Positions 9,619-19,165 of a stretch of 64,000 nt of DNA are shown here, piece after piece. The stretch spans positions 4,839-68,838 of the forward strand of contig CAKOPG010000005.1 of the NCBI GenBank assembly GCA_934098745.1, in the 5' to 3' direction. Every line of letters begins with the position of its first letter. Within the stretch, counting starts at the first letter, position 1. The notes beneath the pieces were generated by a model. It saw only the letters and a program-made list of their open reading frames with translations, was not told the DNA's origin and searched no databases. The position numbers and the translations under genes are program-made. This DNA comes from an uncultured Bacilli bacterium (GTDB lineage Bacteria > Bacillota_I > Bacilli_A > RF39 > UBA660).

Positions 9619-11433
9619 TCACCTAATATCAAATACTACTCCCGTATCATAATACTTACCATTAATTATAATATATATTGCATATTCTCCCTTTATTTTT
9701 GATATAAAATCATTCAAATATAAATATCTATATCCATCATTTTTCATGCTTATTTTATAAAAATTATAATCTTTATTTACAAATAACACCTGATAATCCT
9801 CTGAAGTATCAATCTCAATTCCTAACTCTTTAGATACCTTAATCATTCCCCTATCTATTAAAGCTCCCTTTAATTTATTATAAATATTATCTTTATAAAG
9901 AGTTAAATCTTTCTTTTCTCTCTCCACAGCTTCTTCTTCATTATCTGCTTCAAAATAATAAACCTTCTTATAATTATTAGCATCTATTTTTTTAAAATCA
10001 TTATTAATATTATAATTACTTGTTACATCATTATAAAAATTATATCTTCCTGATTCATATATTAAAATATTTTTATATTCAGTAACCAACTCCATCGTTA
10101 TATTATTATCCTTATCAAGTTCAATTACTTTAGAATACTTCCCTCTATCATCATCAACAATACTACCAAAATTAATATGTTTAATATCCTTATAAACATA
10201 AAAATTACCATACCAACCAGACGCTACATCACCAGTATATCGATATACTTCATATAAATTATCTCCTTTTACTTCATATATAACTGCTGAAGATTTATTT
10301 AAAGAATTAAATGAATTATTATCATTAAAATAACAATTACTATTATCAAAAACATATAAATAATCCCCATCCATATATGGTGAATGTTGTCCTATAAAAT
10401 AAGTTACATCATTAGATAAATTCAACTTATATTCATTAAATTTATCAGAAAAAACTGAATTATTAGTAATCATCCATATAATCTTTTCATTAACTAAATC
10501 ATATTTAATAATAGTATCTAACCCTCTAATAGATATAAGTAACGTTTTATTAACTTCATCATATTGAAAATGATTCATATAAACTATCTCATTAGTAATA
10601 TCTATATCTTTATCTACATTCATTAAAACATCAATTAAATTAAATACTGTTTCTACCTTACCTGTTTCATAATCTATTTCTGATATTGAAAAAGAAGAGT
10701 CAATAGCCATTATATTATTATTACTTAATTTAACTATTTGATGATTATTACTAGTTAAATAAACATAATACATTCTTGTAACTCTTCCCATAAAATCAGT
10801 CTCTAAAAGCCTATTATATCTATCTAACAAATATATTTTTTTATCATCTGTAATAATAAATTCATAATTACCATTATCATTATACCAATTAATATTACCT
10901 TCTCCATCTAAAGAAAACTTCCCCATTGGAGAATTTATAAATAAATTATCACTAATATCTCTAGTAGAATTATATTTATACATAATACTACTATCTATTT
11001 TATTAGTCTTAATATTAATTTTCTTCTCCTCGTTTTTATTATTTATAATAACTATCTCATTATTATATTCTTCTTTAAGTCCATATACCGGTATTATATG
11101 TTCATGTCCACTTTCCATAGTAGTTATAAAATGACCATTTATATACAACTTAATTTCTGTATCTTCCTCTGTATAAAATATTATCATTGCTGCTAACTTA
11201 GAATTGTTATATGGATCAACTACAACCTTAGGATTATCAAAAGTGATATTCTTATCATTGACATAACTTTCTAATTCAGAATTAACAATTAATTGATTAT
11301 CTTCATAATTAACACTATAATTATAAACTTTTTTATCTTTAAATAAAAACTCTTTATTATTTATATTAATTACTATACCACCAATTAATAAAATCACCAA
11401 CAAAATAATCATTATCCATTTTTTACTATTCAT
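9619..11433 (-). CDS. Arylsulfotransferase (ASST)-like protein, paralog of 7716-9611
   Basis: Same architecture and collinear motifs (DNPKVVVDPYNNSKLAAMIIFYT; C-terminal ..GEYAIYIIINGKYYDT..). Start is taken at MNSKKW, preceded by GGAGG; the track gives 11463. Confidence 0.5.
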   Translation of the reverse strand: MNSKKWIMIILLVILLIGGIVININNKEFLFKDKKVYNYSVNYEDNQLIVNSELESYVNDKNITFDNPKVVVDPYNNSKLAAMIIFYTEEDTEIKLYINGHFITTMESGHEHIIPVYGLKEEYNNEIVIINNKNEEKKINIKTNKIDSSIMYKYNSTRDISDNLFINSPMGKFSLDGEGNINWYNDNGNYEFIITDDKKIYLLDRYNRLLETDFMGRVTRMYYVYLTSNNHQIVKLSNNNIMAIDSSFSISEIDYETGKVETVFNLIDVLMNVDKDIDITNEIVYMNHFQYDEVNKTLLISIRGLDTIIKYDLVNEKIIWMITNNSVFSDKFNEYKLNLSNDVTYFIGQHSPYMDGDYLYVFDNSNCYFNDNNSFNSLNKSSAVIYEVKGDNLYEVYRYTGDVASGWYGNFYVYKDIKHINFGSIVDDDRGKYSKVIELDKDNNITMELVTEYKNILIYESGRYNFYNDVTSNYNINNDFKKIDANNYKKVYYFEADNEEEAVEREKKDLTLYKDNIYNKLKGALIDRGMIKVSKELGIEIDTSEDYQVLFVNKDYNFYKISMKNDGYRYLYLNDFISKIKGEYAIYIIINGKYYDTGVVFDIR

Positions 11434-11482
11434 AAATACCTCCAAGAAAGAAAAACCGTACATATCAGTACGATTATCACAT

Positions 11483-12076
11483 TTATTTCTCAGTTATATA
11501 TTCTTTCGCCATCGTATAATATTTAGCACCAGATATTATTGCTAACACCGCTGCAATAATCAATAAATAATCTGAAACTCTAATTGGTATTAATGAAAAT
11601 GGTAAATCATAAAATAATTTAAGTGTCAAACCTACCATTAAACTAGCTGTTTTAAACTTAGCCACTTTTATTGCTGCCACAGCTTTTCCTTTATTACCAA
11701 TAAGCATCTTTATTGAATCTACTATAATATCTCTTCCAATAATAATAACTGCTATTATTGGATGAACCATATTATCACTTGCTAAAACAACAATAAGCGT
11801 ATTAGTTAAAAGCTTATCACTAATAGCATCTATCATTTTACCAAAATCTGTTACCATATTATATTTTCTAGCTACCTTACCATCAATAAAATCAGTTAAT
11901 GAAGCTATTACAAATAGAACACCAGCTATTATATATCTCAAATCTATTACTATATTACTATTGACAATATATGTAGGAATATCTATTCCTAATTGATGCC
12001 AAGGAAACAATAGTATAAATAATATTATTACTGATAAAAATATTCTTGACATCGTTATCTTATTAGCTTTATTCAT
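11483..12076 (-). CDS. pgsA: CDP-diacylglycerol--glycerol-3-phosphate 3-phosphatidyltransferase
   Basis: CDP-alcohol phosphatidyltransferase motif DFIDGKVARKYNMVTDFGKMIDAISDK. 197 aa, multi-TM. Confidence 0.85.
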   Translation of the reverse strand: MNKANKITMSRIFLSVIILFILLFPWHQLGIDIPTYIVNSNIVIDLRYIIAGVLFVIASLTDFIDGKVARKYNMVTDFGKMIDAISDKLLTNTLIVVLASDNMVHPIIAVIIIGRDIIVDSIKMLIGNKGKAVAAIKVAKFKTASLMVGLTLKLFYDLPFSLIPIRVSDYLLIIAAVLAIISGAKYYTMAKEYITEK

Positions 12077-12078
12077 GC

Positions 12079-12555
12079 TTACCTCCTTATATCATAAGTA
12101 ATATTTTCATCTTGAAAATCATTTCCATGAATTGAACTAATTATAAAATAACCCGCAATAATTAAAACAACTACAAATATAATAGACATTATAATTATCT
12201 TAAGTTTTTTATTATTATCTTTAACTAACGTATAAGGTGAAGCAATTTCTTTTTTATCTGTTTTTTCACTCTTAGCCTTTTCTATTTCCTCAACAGGTAT
12301 CTTTGAAGTAAAATCAAATAAAAATTCATTAAATTCATCCACCATTTTCTCGCCATCTAATCCCAAATATTTAGCATAGTCTCTAATAAAATACTTTAAA
12401 AATACTACATCTTTAAAATCTTCTTTTTTACCTTCTTCTAAACTAACTATTTGACTAGGTCTCATCTTTAAATCTTCCGCCGCTTCTTCTACCGAGACCC
12501 CATTAGCTTCCCTTTTTTCTTTTAATTTTAAACCTATATCTTTCATTTTCCTCAT
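12079..12555 (-). CDS. RodZ-like HTH (XRE-type) membrane protein
   Basis: N-terminal HTH (LKEKREANGVSVEEAAEDLKMRPSQIVSLEEG) and one TM near the C-terminus. The start is uncertain (12555 or 12546). The longer track start at 12612 runs into the RNase P RNA. Confidence 0.6.
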   Translation of the reverse strand: MRKMKDIGLKLKEKREANGVSVEEAAEDLKMRPSQIVSLEEGKKEDFKDVVFLKYFIRDYAKYLGLDGEKMVDEFNEFLFDFTSKIPVEEIEKAKSEKTDKKEIASPYTLVKDNNKKLKIIIMSIIFVVVLIIAGYFIISSIHGNDFQDENITYDIRR

Positions 12556-12604
12556 TCCAATTAAATAATAAACTATCTTATAAGCCACATTCTGTACCGT
12601 AATT

Positions 12605-12922
12605 GGTGACAAACATTTATCTATGAGTTACCTCATCCATTTTATAGATTCTTATTCTCCTAAAATAGTTCCCCTACCATAATTTGGGTTTCTCACTTGT
12701 GGGGTTTACCGCGTTTCACCCTATACATTTCTATATAGATTCGTCTCTGTGGCACTTTATATCTACCTAGTCATAGATATACTCCTTAGACTATAGTAAA
12801 TGCCGTCAAGTTATTAACTTGCCATCGGTTATTTTTTCCCTTTGCACAAACATTACTATCATCACAGATAGTGTGAGTGTGGACTTTCCTCTAAGTATTT
12901 CTACCCAGCGTTTGTCCAGATA
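12605..12922 (-). ncRNA. rnpB: RNase P RNA, bacterial type B (compact)
   Basis: The minus strand reads ..GAGGAAAGTCCACAC.., ..AAAGTGCCACAGAGACGAATC.., ..GGTGAAACGCGGTAAACCCCACAAGTGAGAAACCCAAATTATGGTAGGGGAAC... A terminal P1 pairing GACAAAC (about 12916-12910) / GTTTGTC (12614-12608) closes the structure. It sits next to gpsB, as in B. subtilis. Ends are accurate to about 5 nt. Confidence 0.85.
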
Positions 12923-12924
12923 AT

Positions 12925-13248
12925 TTATTGTTCTTTTCCAAGTATTATTTGCTCTAAATGACTTATTCTTCTTAACAAATCGACATTTGTAATTTCTTTT
13001 TCTCCACCCTTAACTACATCAATACTTGATCTAAGACTACGTACCTCTTGTTTTAAAGAATTATTTTCAGCTATCAAATTCTCTTTTTCTTTAAGCAAGT
13101 CTTTAATAATATTATTATATTCATTATAGTCTCTAATAATCACATCCAAGAATTGATCTACTTCCTGCATTCTATAACCACGGGTATCAATCTTAAATTC
13201 CTTCTCAAGTATCTCTTGCATAGTAAGTGAAATCTTATCGTGGTGCAT
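12925..13248 (-). CDS. gpsB: Cell-cycle protein GpsB (DivIVA-domain)
   Basis: ..LTMQEILEKEFKIDTRGYRMQEVDQFLDVIIRDYNEY.. followed by a coiled coil, at GpsB size (107 aa). Confidence 0.8.
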   Translation of the reverse strand: MHHDKISLTMQEILEKEFKIDTRGYRMQEVDQFLDVIIRDYNEYNNIIKDLLKEKENLIAENNSLKQEVRSLRSSIDVVKGGEKEITNVDLLRRISHLEQIILGKEQ

Positions 13249-13268
13249 ATCCTATCACCTCTATTTTA

Positions 13269-13297
13269 ATTATAAAATATCTGTCCAATTTTGTCAA
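13269..13297 (-). promoter_or_regulatory. Sigma-A-type promoter for gpsB
   Basis: The minus strand reads TTGACA-17 nt-TATAAT, about 20 nt upstream of the GAGGTGA RBS. Confidence 0.6.
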
Positions 13298-13310
13298 TTT
13301 ATAAATAAAT

Positions 13311-13338
13311 ATTTAAAACTGTCTCTTTCAAAAGACAG
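13311..13338 (-). terminator. Putative terminator after the thioredoxin/DsbD-like genes
   Basis: Stem CTGTCT / AGACAG with an 8-nt loop, then TTTTAAAT on the minus strand. Confidence 0.45.
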
Positions 13339-13452
13339 CTTATATTCTATCACAAAATCATCTATTAGTCAATTTTATCTCCCTAGTCATATTTTCAAAA
13401 ACGGTTAATCTCCCAAAATATCAAAAAAAGATAGGTAAATAGCTTACTTATC

Positions 13453-14679
13453 TTAAAAATTAAACATTAACCAAGAAGGCTTAAATATCAATAAAATACC
13501 AATAAGTAAAAGTAATATTCCTCCAATTAACTTAGATATTTTACCATATTTAGAAGATATTCCCGTTACTTCCATTGTTCTTACTGCAATAAAGAATACT
13601 ACTAAATCATCTAATAAAAAGCATAACATATATAAAGCTATATAAATAACTTCTTCTATTATTGTTAAATTATTCATACTTAGTATCTCTATAAACATAA
13701 CTGGAAGTCCAGCTGAACAAGCTAACTCTACAATATTGACTGATATACTTAATACTATTACTCCTAACATAGCTAATAATAAACTTTTTTCTTGTGTAAA
13801 TTTTTTAATACTAGTAAATATCTTATTTCTCTTTTTATCATTAACTATATTACATCCATTATCTTTACGATGTTTAAAATAACTATAAATATTAACTACT
13901 GCTCCCGTTAAAGCAACTAACCCTATAATTAATCTAACATAATTAACAGATAATAACAATGAAGCCAAATTTAACCATGCTATCATAAATAACAAATATA
14001 TTAAAGCTGAAGACATTAAAAAAGTAATTCCTAATATCAACATTCGCTTTCTATCTTTAAGACCTATTAACATACTTATTAAAAATAATAATACCCACAT
14101 AGCACATGGATTAAATCCATCGACAAGACCTATTAATACAGCTATAACTGGTAGCGTTAAATTCTTCGTACTAACTGTCCCAATTAAAGGAATATTTATC
14201 TTATAATTCGTATAATCATCAATATATTTATCTAACTTTATATTATTCTCATCAACGGCATAACTAGGAAGTTCTATTCCCCCTATATATTCACCTACTA
14301 AATCTCTATAACCATATTCTGAATAATATTCTATCGTTGCCATAAATCTCTTTTTAGAGTCTTCATCACTATATCCTTTATATACCTTATCTCCAATAAT
14401 CGTTAAAGGTACTCCTGTTACATTAGTACCTTTTATCTTAGCAACTTCCTCTAATAATTTAGCATTATCACTATTTCCTACCTCATACATATAAATTCTA
14501 ATATTATCATATTTATCCTTAAGTGAATCTAATAATTTTTCTTCACTAGCACAATGAGGACAAGTATCTGAATAAAATAAATATATATTAACTAAATTCT
14601 TACTATCAGCTAAAACGTTCCCTATACTAATAATAAATATTATTAATAAAAAACTTATATATTTAATTATTTTCTGCAT
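13453..14679 (-). CDS. Thioredoxin-fold domain (CPHC) fused to a DsbD/CcdA-like thiol-disulfide transfer membrane domain
   Basis: Signal peptide, then YLFYSDTCPHCASEEKLL. Multi-TM C-terminal half with membrane cysteines GFNPCAMW and ELACSAGLP. Confidence 0.6.
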   Translation of the reverse strand: MQKIIKYISFLLIIFIISIGNVLADSKNLVNIYLFYSDTCPHCASEEKLLDSLKDKYDNIRIYMYEVGNSDNAKLLEEVAKIKGTNVTGVPLTIIGDKVYKGYSDEDSKKRFMATIEYYSEYGYRDLVGEYIGGIELPSYAVDENNIKLDKYIDDYTNYKINIPLIGTVSTKNLTLPVIAVLIGLVDGFNPCAMWVLLFLISMLIGLKDRKRMLILGITFLMSSALIYLLFMIAWLNLASLLLSVNYVRLIIGLVALTGAVVNIYSYFKHRKDNGCNIVNDKKRNKIFTSIKKFTQEKSLLLAMLGVIVLSISVNIVELACSAGLPVMFIEILSMNNLTIIEEVIYIALYMLCFLLDDLVVFFIAVRTMEVTGISSKYGKISKLIGGILLLLIGILLIFKPSWLMFNF

Positions 14680-14935
14680 AATGATTTACTTCTTTCCTTA
14701 ATTCTTGAGAATTTTTTTCACCAATAATTCTTCCAAGTTCTATTCCATCTGAAGAAAGAAATATTAATACTGGTAAAATCTTACCAACATTATACTCTTT
14801 AACTTCTCCATTATCCATATCATAATCTAATTCTTTTAATATTATTTCTGGATAATCATTAAATACTTCTCTTATTACCTTGTTCATAATTAAACAAGAT
14901 GGACACCACATAGCGCCTATTTTAATTACTTGCAT
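14663..14935 (-). CDS. Small thioredoxin-family protein
   Basis: 90 aa with a WCPSC active-site motif near the N-terminus. Confidence 0.7.
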   Translation of the reverse strand: MQVIKIGAMWCPSCLIMNKVIREVFNDYPEIILKELDYDMDNGEVKEYNVGKILPVLIFLSSDGIELGRIIGEKNSQELRKEVNHYAENN

Positions 14936-14943
14936 TTATTCAC

Positions 14944-16065
14944 CTACATATCTAATTTCTTATAACATTTATCAAATATTTCTAAAAATTTATCTATTTC
15001 CTCTTCTGTTACCATATATGCCAAACTAATTCTTAAACTATGATTAGCCAAATCTTTATCTTGGGTTAAAGCATATACAGCATTTGACATAGAATTAGCC
15101 GAAGAACAAGCACTTTTCGTAGATATATATACTTCTTCCTGATCTAGTGCATGAATAAAAGTTTCTGGTTTAATCTTTCTTAAACTAAAATTAATCGTAT
15201 TAACTACACTATTTTCTGTACTATTAATATGTACCAATGGATATTCTTTTAATTTATCTACAATCTTTTTATTTAGTTTCCCAATATATTCACTATTTTT
15301 CTTAATATTAGGTATTATTAACTCCATCGCCTTCATCATAGATACCATTAAAGGTAATGCTGGTGTTCCACTTCGATATATTGTTGTACTCTTTCCTCCA
15401 TGAATAAGTGGCTCTATCTGAATATTTTCTTTCTTAACCAAAAGTCCTATTCCCTTCATTCCAAATATCTTATGCAAAGACATACTAGCTAAATCTATAT
15501 CTGTTAAATCTACATCTATCTTCCCTAAAGCCTGTGTACAATCGACATGTAAATAACATTTTTTGTATTCTTTAACTATTTTTGCTATTTCCTTAATAGG
15601 CTGCTTAAGACCTATTTCACTATCTACCATACATATACTTACTAAAATCGTATCATCACGAATAAGTCTCTTTAAATCCTCTAAATCTACAAGACCATTC
15701 TTATCTATCTTAACAAAATCTACAGAAAAACCCATCTTTTCCAAATAGTTAAGTGGTGCTATTACCGAAGAATGTTCTAAATATGTCGTAATAATATGCT
15801 TACCCCTATTTTGATATTTTAAACATATCCCCTTAATAGCAGTATTATTAGATTCACTAGCACAAGACGTATAAATTATTTCACTAGGTTTAACCTTAAG
15901 CATCTTAGCAATTTCTTCCGTAGCATAATCTGCTAATTCCTTTGATTTAACACCTAAACTATGTAAAGAATTAACATTTCCAGGATATTCTAAACATACC
16001 TTATTAAATGTCTCTAATACTCTCTTATCAACTGGAGTTGTAGCATTATAATCTAAATAAATCAT
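14944..16065 (-). CDS. Cysteine desulfurase (class V aminotransferase, NifS/IscS-like)
   Basis: MIYLDYNATTPVD.. N-terminus, PLP-lysine region SLHKIFGMKG, and C-terminal STKSACSS active-site loop. Confidence 0.8.
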   Translation of the reverse strand: MIYLDYNATTPVDKRVLETFNKVCLEYPGNVNSLHSLGVKSKELADYATEEIAKMLKVKPSEIIYTSCASESNNTAIKGICLKYQNRGKHIITTYLEHSSVIAPLNYLEKMGFSVDFVKIDKNGLVDLEDLKRLIRDDTILVSICMVDSEIGLKQPIKEIAKIVKEYKKCYLHVDCTQALGKIDVDLTDIDLASMSLHKIFGMKGIGLLVKKENIQIEPLIHGGKSTTIYRSGTPALPLMVSMMKAMELIIPNIKKNSEYIGKLNKKIVDKLKEYPLVHINSTENSVVNTINFSLRKIKPETFIHALDQEEVYISTKSACSSANSMSNAVYALTQDKDLANHSLRISLAYMVTEEEIDKFLEIFDKCYKKLDM

Positions 16066-16196
16066 TCCTCATCACCATTTATAATTATATAATAATTATC
16101 CTGAAAAATCTACTGAAAAAATTATATATAATTTACCAATAAAAAGAGCAATTATAAACTGTTCAACTTTTGGAGTTCAGTTCATAATTACTCTAT

Positions 16197-16661
16197 CTAA
16201 TTAACTGCAATTAACTTAATACTATCATCTTTTCGATATAAACTTAAAATATCATCTACTACCTCTCTTACCTGATATATATCATCAGTATTAGCTAACC
16301 TTATATCATATTCATCTTGCTTACTATCTAAATATTCTTTTGGTAAATAATACTCCGTTACCTGTAAATCATCACTATATAAACTCTTTATTTTAGAAAT
16401 ATTATCATAATTTCTAGTAATCCCAACAACTGTTTTATAACCATCTTTATCTTCATAATAAACATAATTATGTGAATTATTCTCTTCTCTCATTTCATTA
16501 TAATCCTTATATCTACCACCTTGTACTAAATATAATCTAGAACTTCTTAAATCTCCCGATACATTATCCCTATAAGCATTATATACATATCTACCACTTA
16601 CTCCCCCTATTATTAAAGCACAAATAAATGGAAGCAATATTCCTAGTATTTTCTTTTTCAT
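16197..16661 (-). CDS. Hypothetical N-terminally anchored protein (154 aa)
   Basis: ORF with an N-terminal TM. No motif recognised. Confidence 0.45.
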   Translation of the reverse strand: MKKKILGILLPFICALIIGGVSGRYVYNAYRDNVSGDLRSSRLYLVQGGRYKDYNEMREENNSHNYVYYEDKDGYKTVVGITRNYDNISKIKSLYSDDLQVTEYYLPKEYLDSKQDEYDIRLANTDDIYQVREVVDDILSLYRKDDSIKLIAVN

Positions 16662-16728
16662 CTTATCACCAAAAATACTATATCATTATCATCTTAAAAA
16701 TAATGTCGAAAAAAAAAGAAAAGTTCAA

Positions 16729-17205
16729 TTATCTTCCTCTTCTTCCTTCTTTAACATCTTCCATATAATAATTATTCACCTTAACTTCTTCTAACATAAA
16801 TAACTTATATCTTAATTGTTCAATAATTATCTCTATCTTTTTTAATGTTAATCCCTGATAAGTATGTCCTAAATATTTAACATAATTATTAATTATTTGT
16901 AATCTTAATTTCTCGGCATCATATAAACATTTTTTAATTGCTCCCTCTGAATCGTCTGAATTATCCTCATCAATAATTCTAAGTTGTTCTAACAAATAAA
17001 ATATCTTCTTTTCAATCTTTTTCCTAATTATTTTCTCACTAAATTCAGGTTTTACTATTAAAATCTGACTAACATCAATCGTATTTTTTTGCTGTTTTTT
17101 AGGTTTTACCTGATAACCATCTAACTTATTATATTCAAAATAAACAACATCCCCTGTTTTTTCATCTTTTGATAAATAATAATTAACCTTGTTCATTACC
17201 ATCAC
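16729..17205 (-). CDS. Hypothetical protein (158 aa)
   Basis: ORF overlapping the trmD stop. Charged and helical, no motif recognised. Confidence 0.45.
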   Translation of the reverse strand: MMVMNKVNYYLSKDEKTGDVVYFEYNKLDGYQVKPKKQQKNTIDVSQILIVKPEFSEKIIRKKIEKKIFYLLEQLRIIDEDNSDDSEGAIKKCLYDAEKLRLQIINNYVKYLGHTYQGLTLKKIEIIIEQLRYKLFMLEEVKVNNYYMEDVKEGRRGR

Positions 17206-17866
17206 CCACCAAATCAGCTCTTTTTTCCTTAGTTCTTTTTATTCTTTCTTCTAATCTATAACTATCTATATTTTTATGATGACCTGATAATAAAACCTCT
17301 GGTACTCTCATTCCCCTAAATTCCTCTGGTCTCGTATAATTTGGATAATCTAAAAGATTATCATTAAAACTTTCACTTTCTAAAGAATTTTCTGATATTA
17401 CCCCAGGAAGTAATCTTGTAATTGCATCAGTAATTGCCATAGCAGGAATTTCTCCCCCTGTAAGAACATAATCCCCAATTGATACTTCCATATCGACAAT
17501 ACTCTTAATTCTTTCATCAAAGCCTTCATAATGTCCACAAAGAAGTATAATATGTCTACATTCTTTAGCTAATTTAACCGCCATTTCCTGTTTAAAAGTA
17601 ACCCCCGAAGGACTTAACATAATAACTAGTGTATCTTCCTGACGTAATTTATCAATAGCATTAAATATTGGCTCACACATCAAAACCATTCCGGCACCAC
17701 CACCGTATGGATAATCATCTACCCTACCATGTTTATCTGTTGAATAATCCCTAAAATTATGCACTTCTATAGATACCTTATTCGAAGAAATAGCTCTCTT
17801 AATAATTGAAGTATTTAAAAAACCTGTAAACATTTCTGGAAATATTGAAAGTATATCTATCTTCAT
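17183..17866 (-). CDS. trmD: tRNA (guanine37-N1)-methyltransferase
   Basis: MKIDILSIFPEMF.. N-terminus, ..DDYPYGGGAGMVL.., ..LLCGHYEGFDERI... Located downstream of rimM. Confidence 0.9.
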   Translation of the reverse strand: MKIDILSIFPEMFTGFLNTSIIKRAISSNKVSIEVHNFRDYSTDKHGRVDDYPYGGGAGMVLMCEPIFNAIDKLRQEDTLVIMLSPSGVTFKQEMAVKLAKECRHIILLCGHYEGFDERIKSIVDMEVSIGDYVLTGGEIPAMAITDAITRLLPGVISENSLESESFNDNLLDYPNYTRPEEFRGMRVPEVLLSGHHKNIDSYRLEERIKRTKEKRADLVGDGNEQG

Positions 17867-17877
17867 TATCTCACTTC

Positions 17878-18372
17878 CTAATCAATTAGTCCCGGAATAT
17901 TTTTAACCATAATCTCTCTTTTTTCTAAATCTACATTTAGTATTATATCAAAATTATATGGAATAAGATAGTCTTTATTAACTCCCCTAACTACTAATAC
18001 TTCATTTACTCCATGTTTATCTATTCTTCTTACTAACCCTATATCTTTATTATCTATAATAACCTTTTGGCCTATAATATCTTCATCTAAATATTCATAC
18101 TCATTAAGTACTAAATCCTCTTTATTAATAAATACATATTCTCCCTTATACTTAAGAACTTGATCTATATCATTATATCCCTTAATAGTAATCATCTCAA
18201 ATATCTTATGATGCCTATAACTAGTTACCTCTTCACATACTTTATCCTTACCAATATATATCTTCATTCCCTCTTTAAATATTCTATCCTTATATTTAAA
18301 ATCAGATAATATTCTTACTTCTCCCTTTAAACCATGTGTATTAACTATTTTACCGACCAAAACATACTTCAT
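17878..18372 (-). CDS. rimM: 16S rRNA processing protein RimM
   Basis: ..VGKIVNTHGLKGEVRI.. N-terminus, 164 aa, upstream of trmD. Confidence 0.85.
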   Translation of the reverse strand: MKYVLVGKIVNTHGLKGEVRILSDFKYKDRIFKEGMKIYIGKDKVCEEVTSYRHHKIFEMITIKGYNDIDQVLKYKGEYVFINKEDLVLNEYEYLDEDIIGQKVIIDNKDIGLVRRIDKHGVNEVLVVRGVNKDYLIPYNFDIILNVDLEKREIMVKNIPGLID

Positions 18373-19094
18373 TTCTTATTCACCTCATACATAAGTATTG
18401 AACCAGCTACCGAAGCATTTAAACTCTCACACTCATTATTCATGGAAATATATAAATATTTATTACACTTATCAAGTACTTCTTCGCTTACTCCCTTACC
18501 TTCATTTCCAATTACTAAAGCTATTTTTTCTTGTTCCTCTATACTTGCTACATCTACTCCATCTGTAACCTTTGTTCCATATATACAATAACCATCTAAT
18601 GTATCAATAAAATCACATATATCTCTAACTATTATATTTATCTTAAATAACATTCCCTTTGTACTTCTTATAACCTTGGGATTATATAAAGAAACTGTAT
18701 CTTTGCTAACTACTATCGTATCAAAATTAAAAGCCACCGCTGATCTAATCAAAGTCCCTAAATTACCCGGATCTTGAATATTATCTAAAATTAATATTCT
18801 CTTACCAATTATATCTTCTGCTAAATAATTACATACCCCAAAATAAGGACTTATACTTTCCATATCACTTATCTTTTTCATAACCTCATTTGATACATTT
18901 ATACAAGATATATCTTTATATGGATTATCATATCCCTCTATTATATATAATTCTTTTAACAAGCCCTTTTTATAAGCTTCATCGATTATATCTAATCCCT
19001 CTATAAAGAAAAGTCCCATCTTATCACGATACTTCTTCTCTTTTAACTTAACCAATTCTTTTATTTTTTCATTATTAACAGATGTAATCAACAT
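18369..19094 (-). CDS. TrmH/SpoU-family RNA 2'-O-methyltransferase
   Basis: SpoU motifs ..LDNIQDPGNLGTLIRSA.., ..LVIGNEGKGVS.., ..SLNASVAGSILMYE... Confidence 0.75.
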   Translation of the reverse strand: MLITSVNNEKIKELVKLKEKKYRDKMGLFFIEGLDIIDEAYKKGLLKELYIIEGYDNPYKDISCINVSNEVMKKISDMESISPYFGVCNYLAEDIIGKRILILDNIQDPGNLGTLIRSAVAFNFDTIVVSKDTVSLYNPKVIRSTKGMLFKINIIVRDICDFIDTLDGYCIYGTKVTDGVDVASIEEQEKIALVIGNEGKGVSEEVLDKCNKYLYISMNNECESLNASVAGSILMYEVNKK

Positions 19095-19134
19095 ATATTT
19101 CCCTTCTTTATGTCTTTATTATACCATCTAAGAA

Positions 19135-19165
19135 GAAAAAAAGAAACCCAAAGTTTCTCTTATAA
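19135..19165 (-). terminator. Terminator hairpin; also the left copy of a 31-nt direct repeat that flanks the 600-aa gene cassette
   Basis: The plus strand reads GAAAAAAAGAAACCCAAAGTTTCTCTTATAA. On the minus strand this is stem AGAAAC / GTTTCT followed by T7. It matches 21264-21294 at 29 of 31 positions. Confidence 0.6.

Noticed and set aside
12556-12612. N-terminal extension (MSPITVQNVAYKIVYYLIG) of the RodZ-like ORF.
   Set aside because: It overlaps the 3' end (P1 helix) of the RNase P RNA and has no RBS. Internal ATGs at 12555 or 12546 are more plausible starts.
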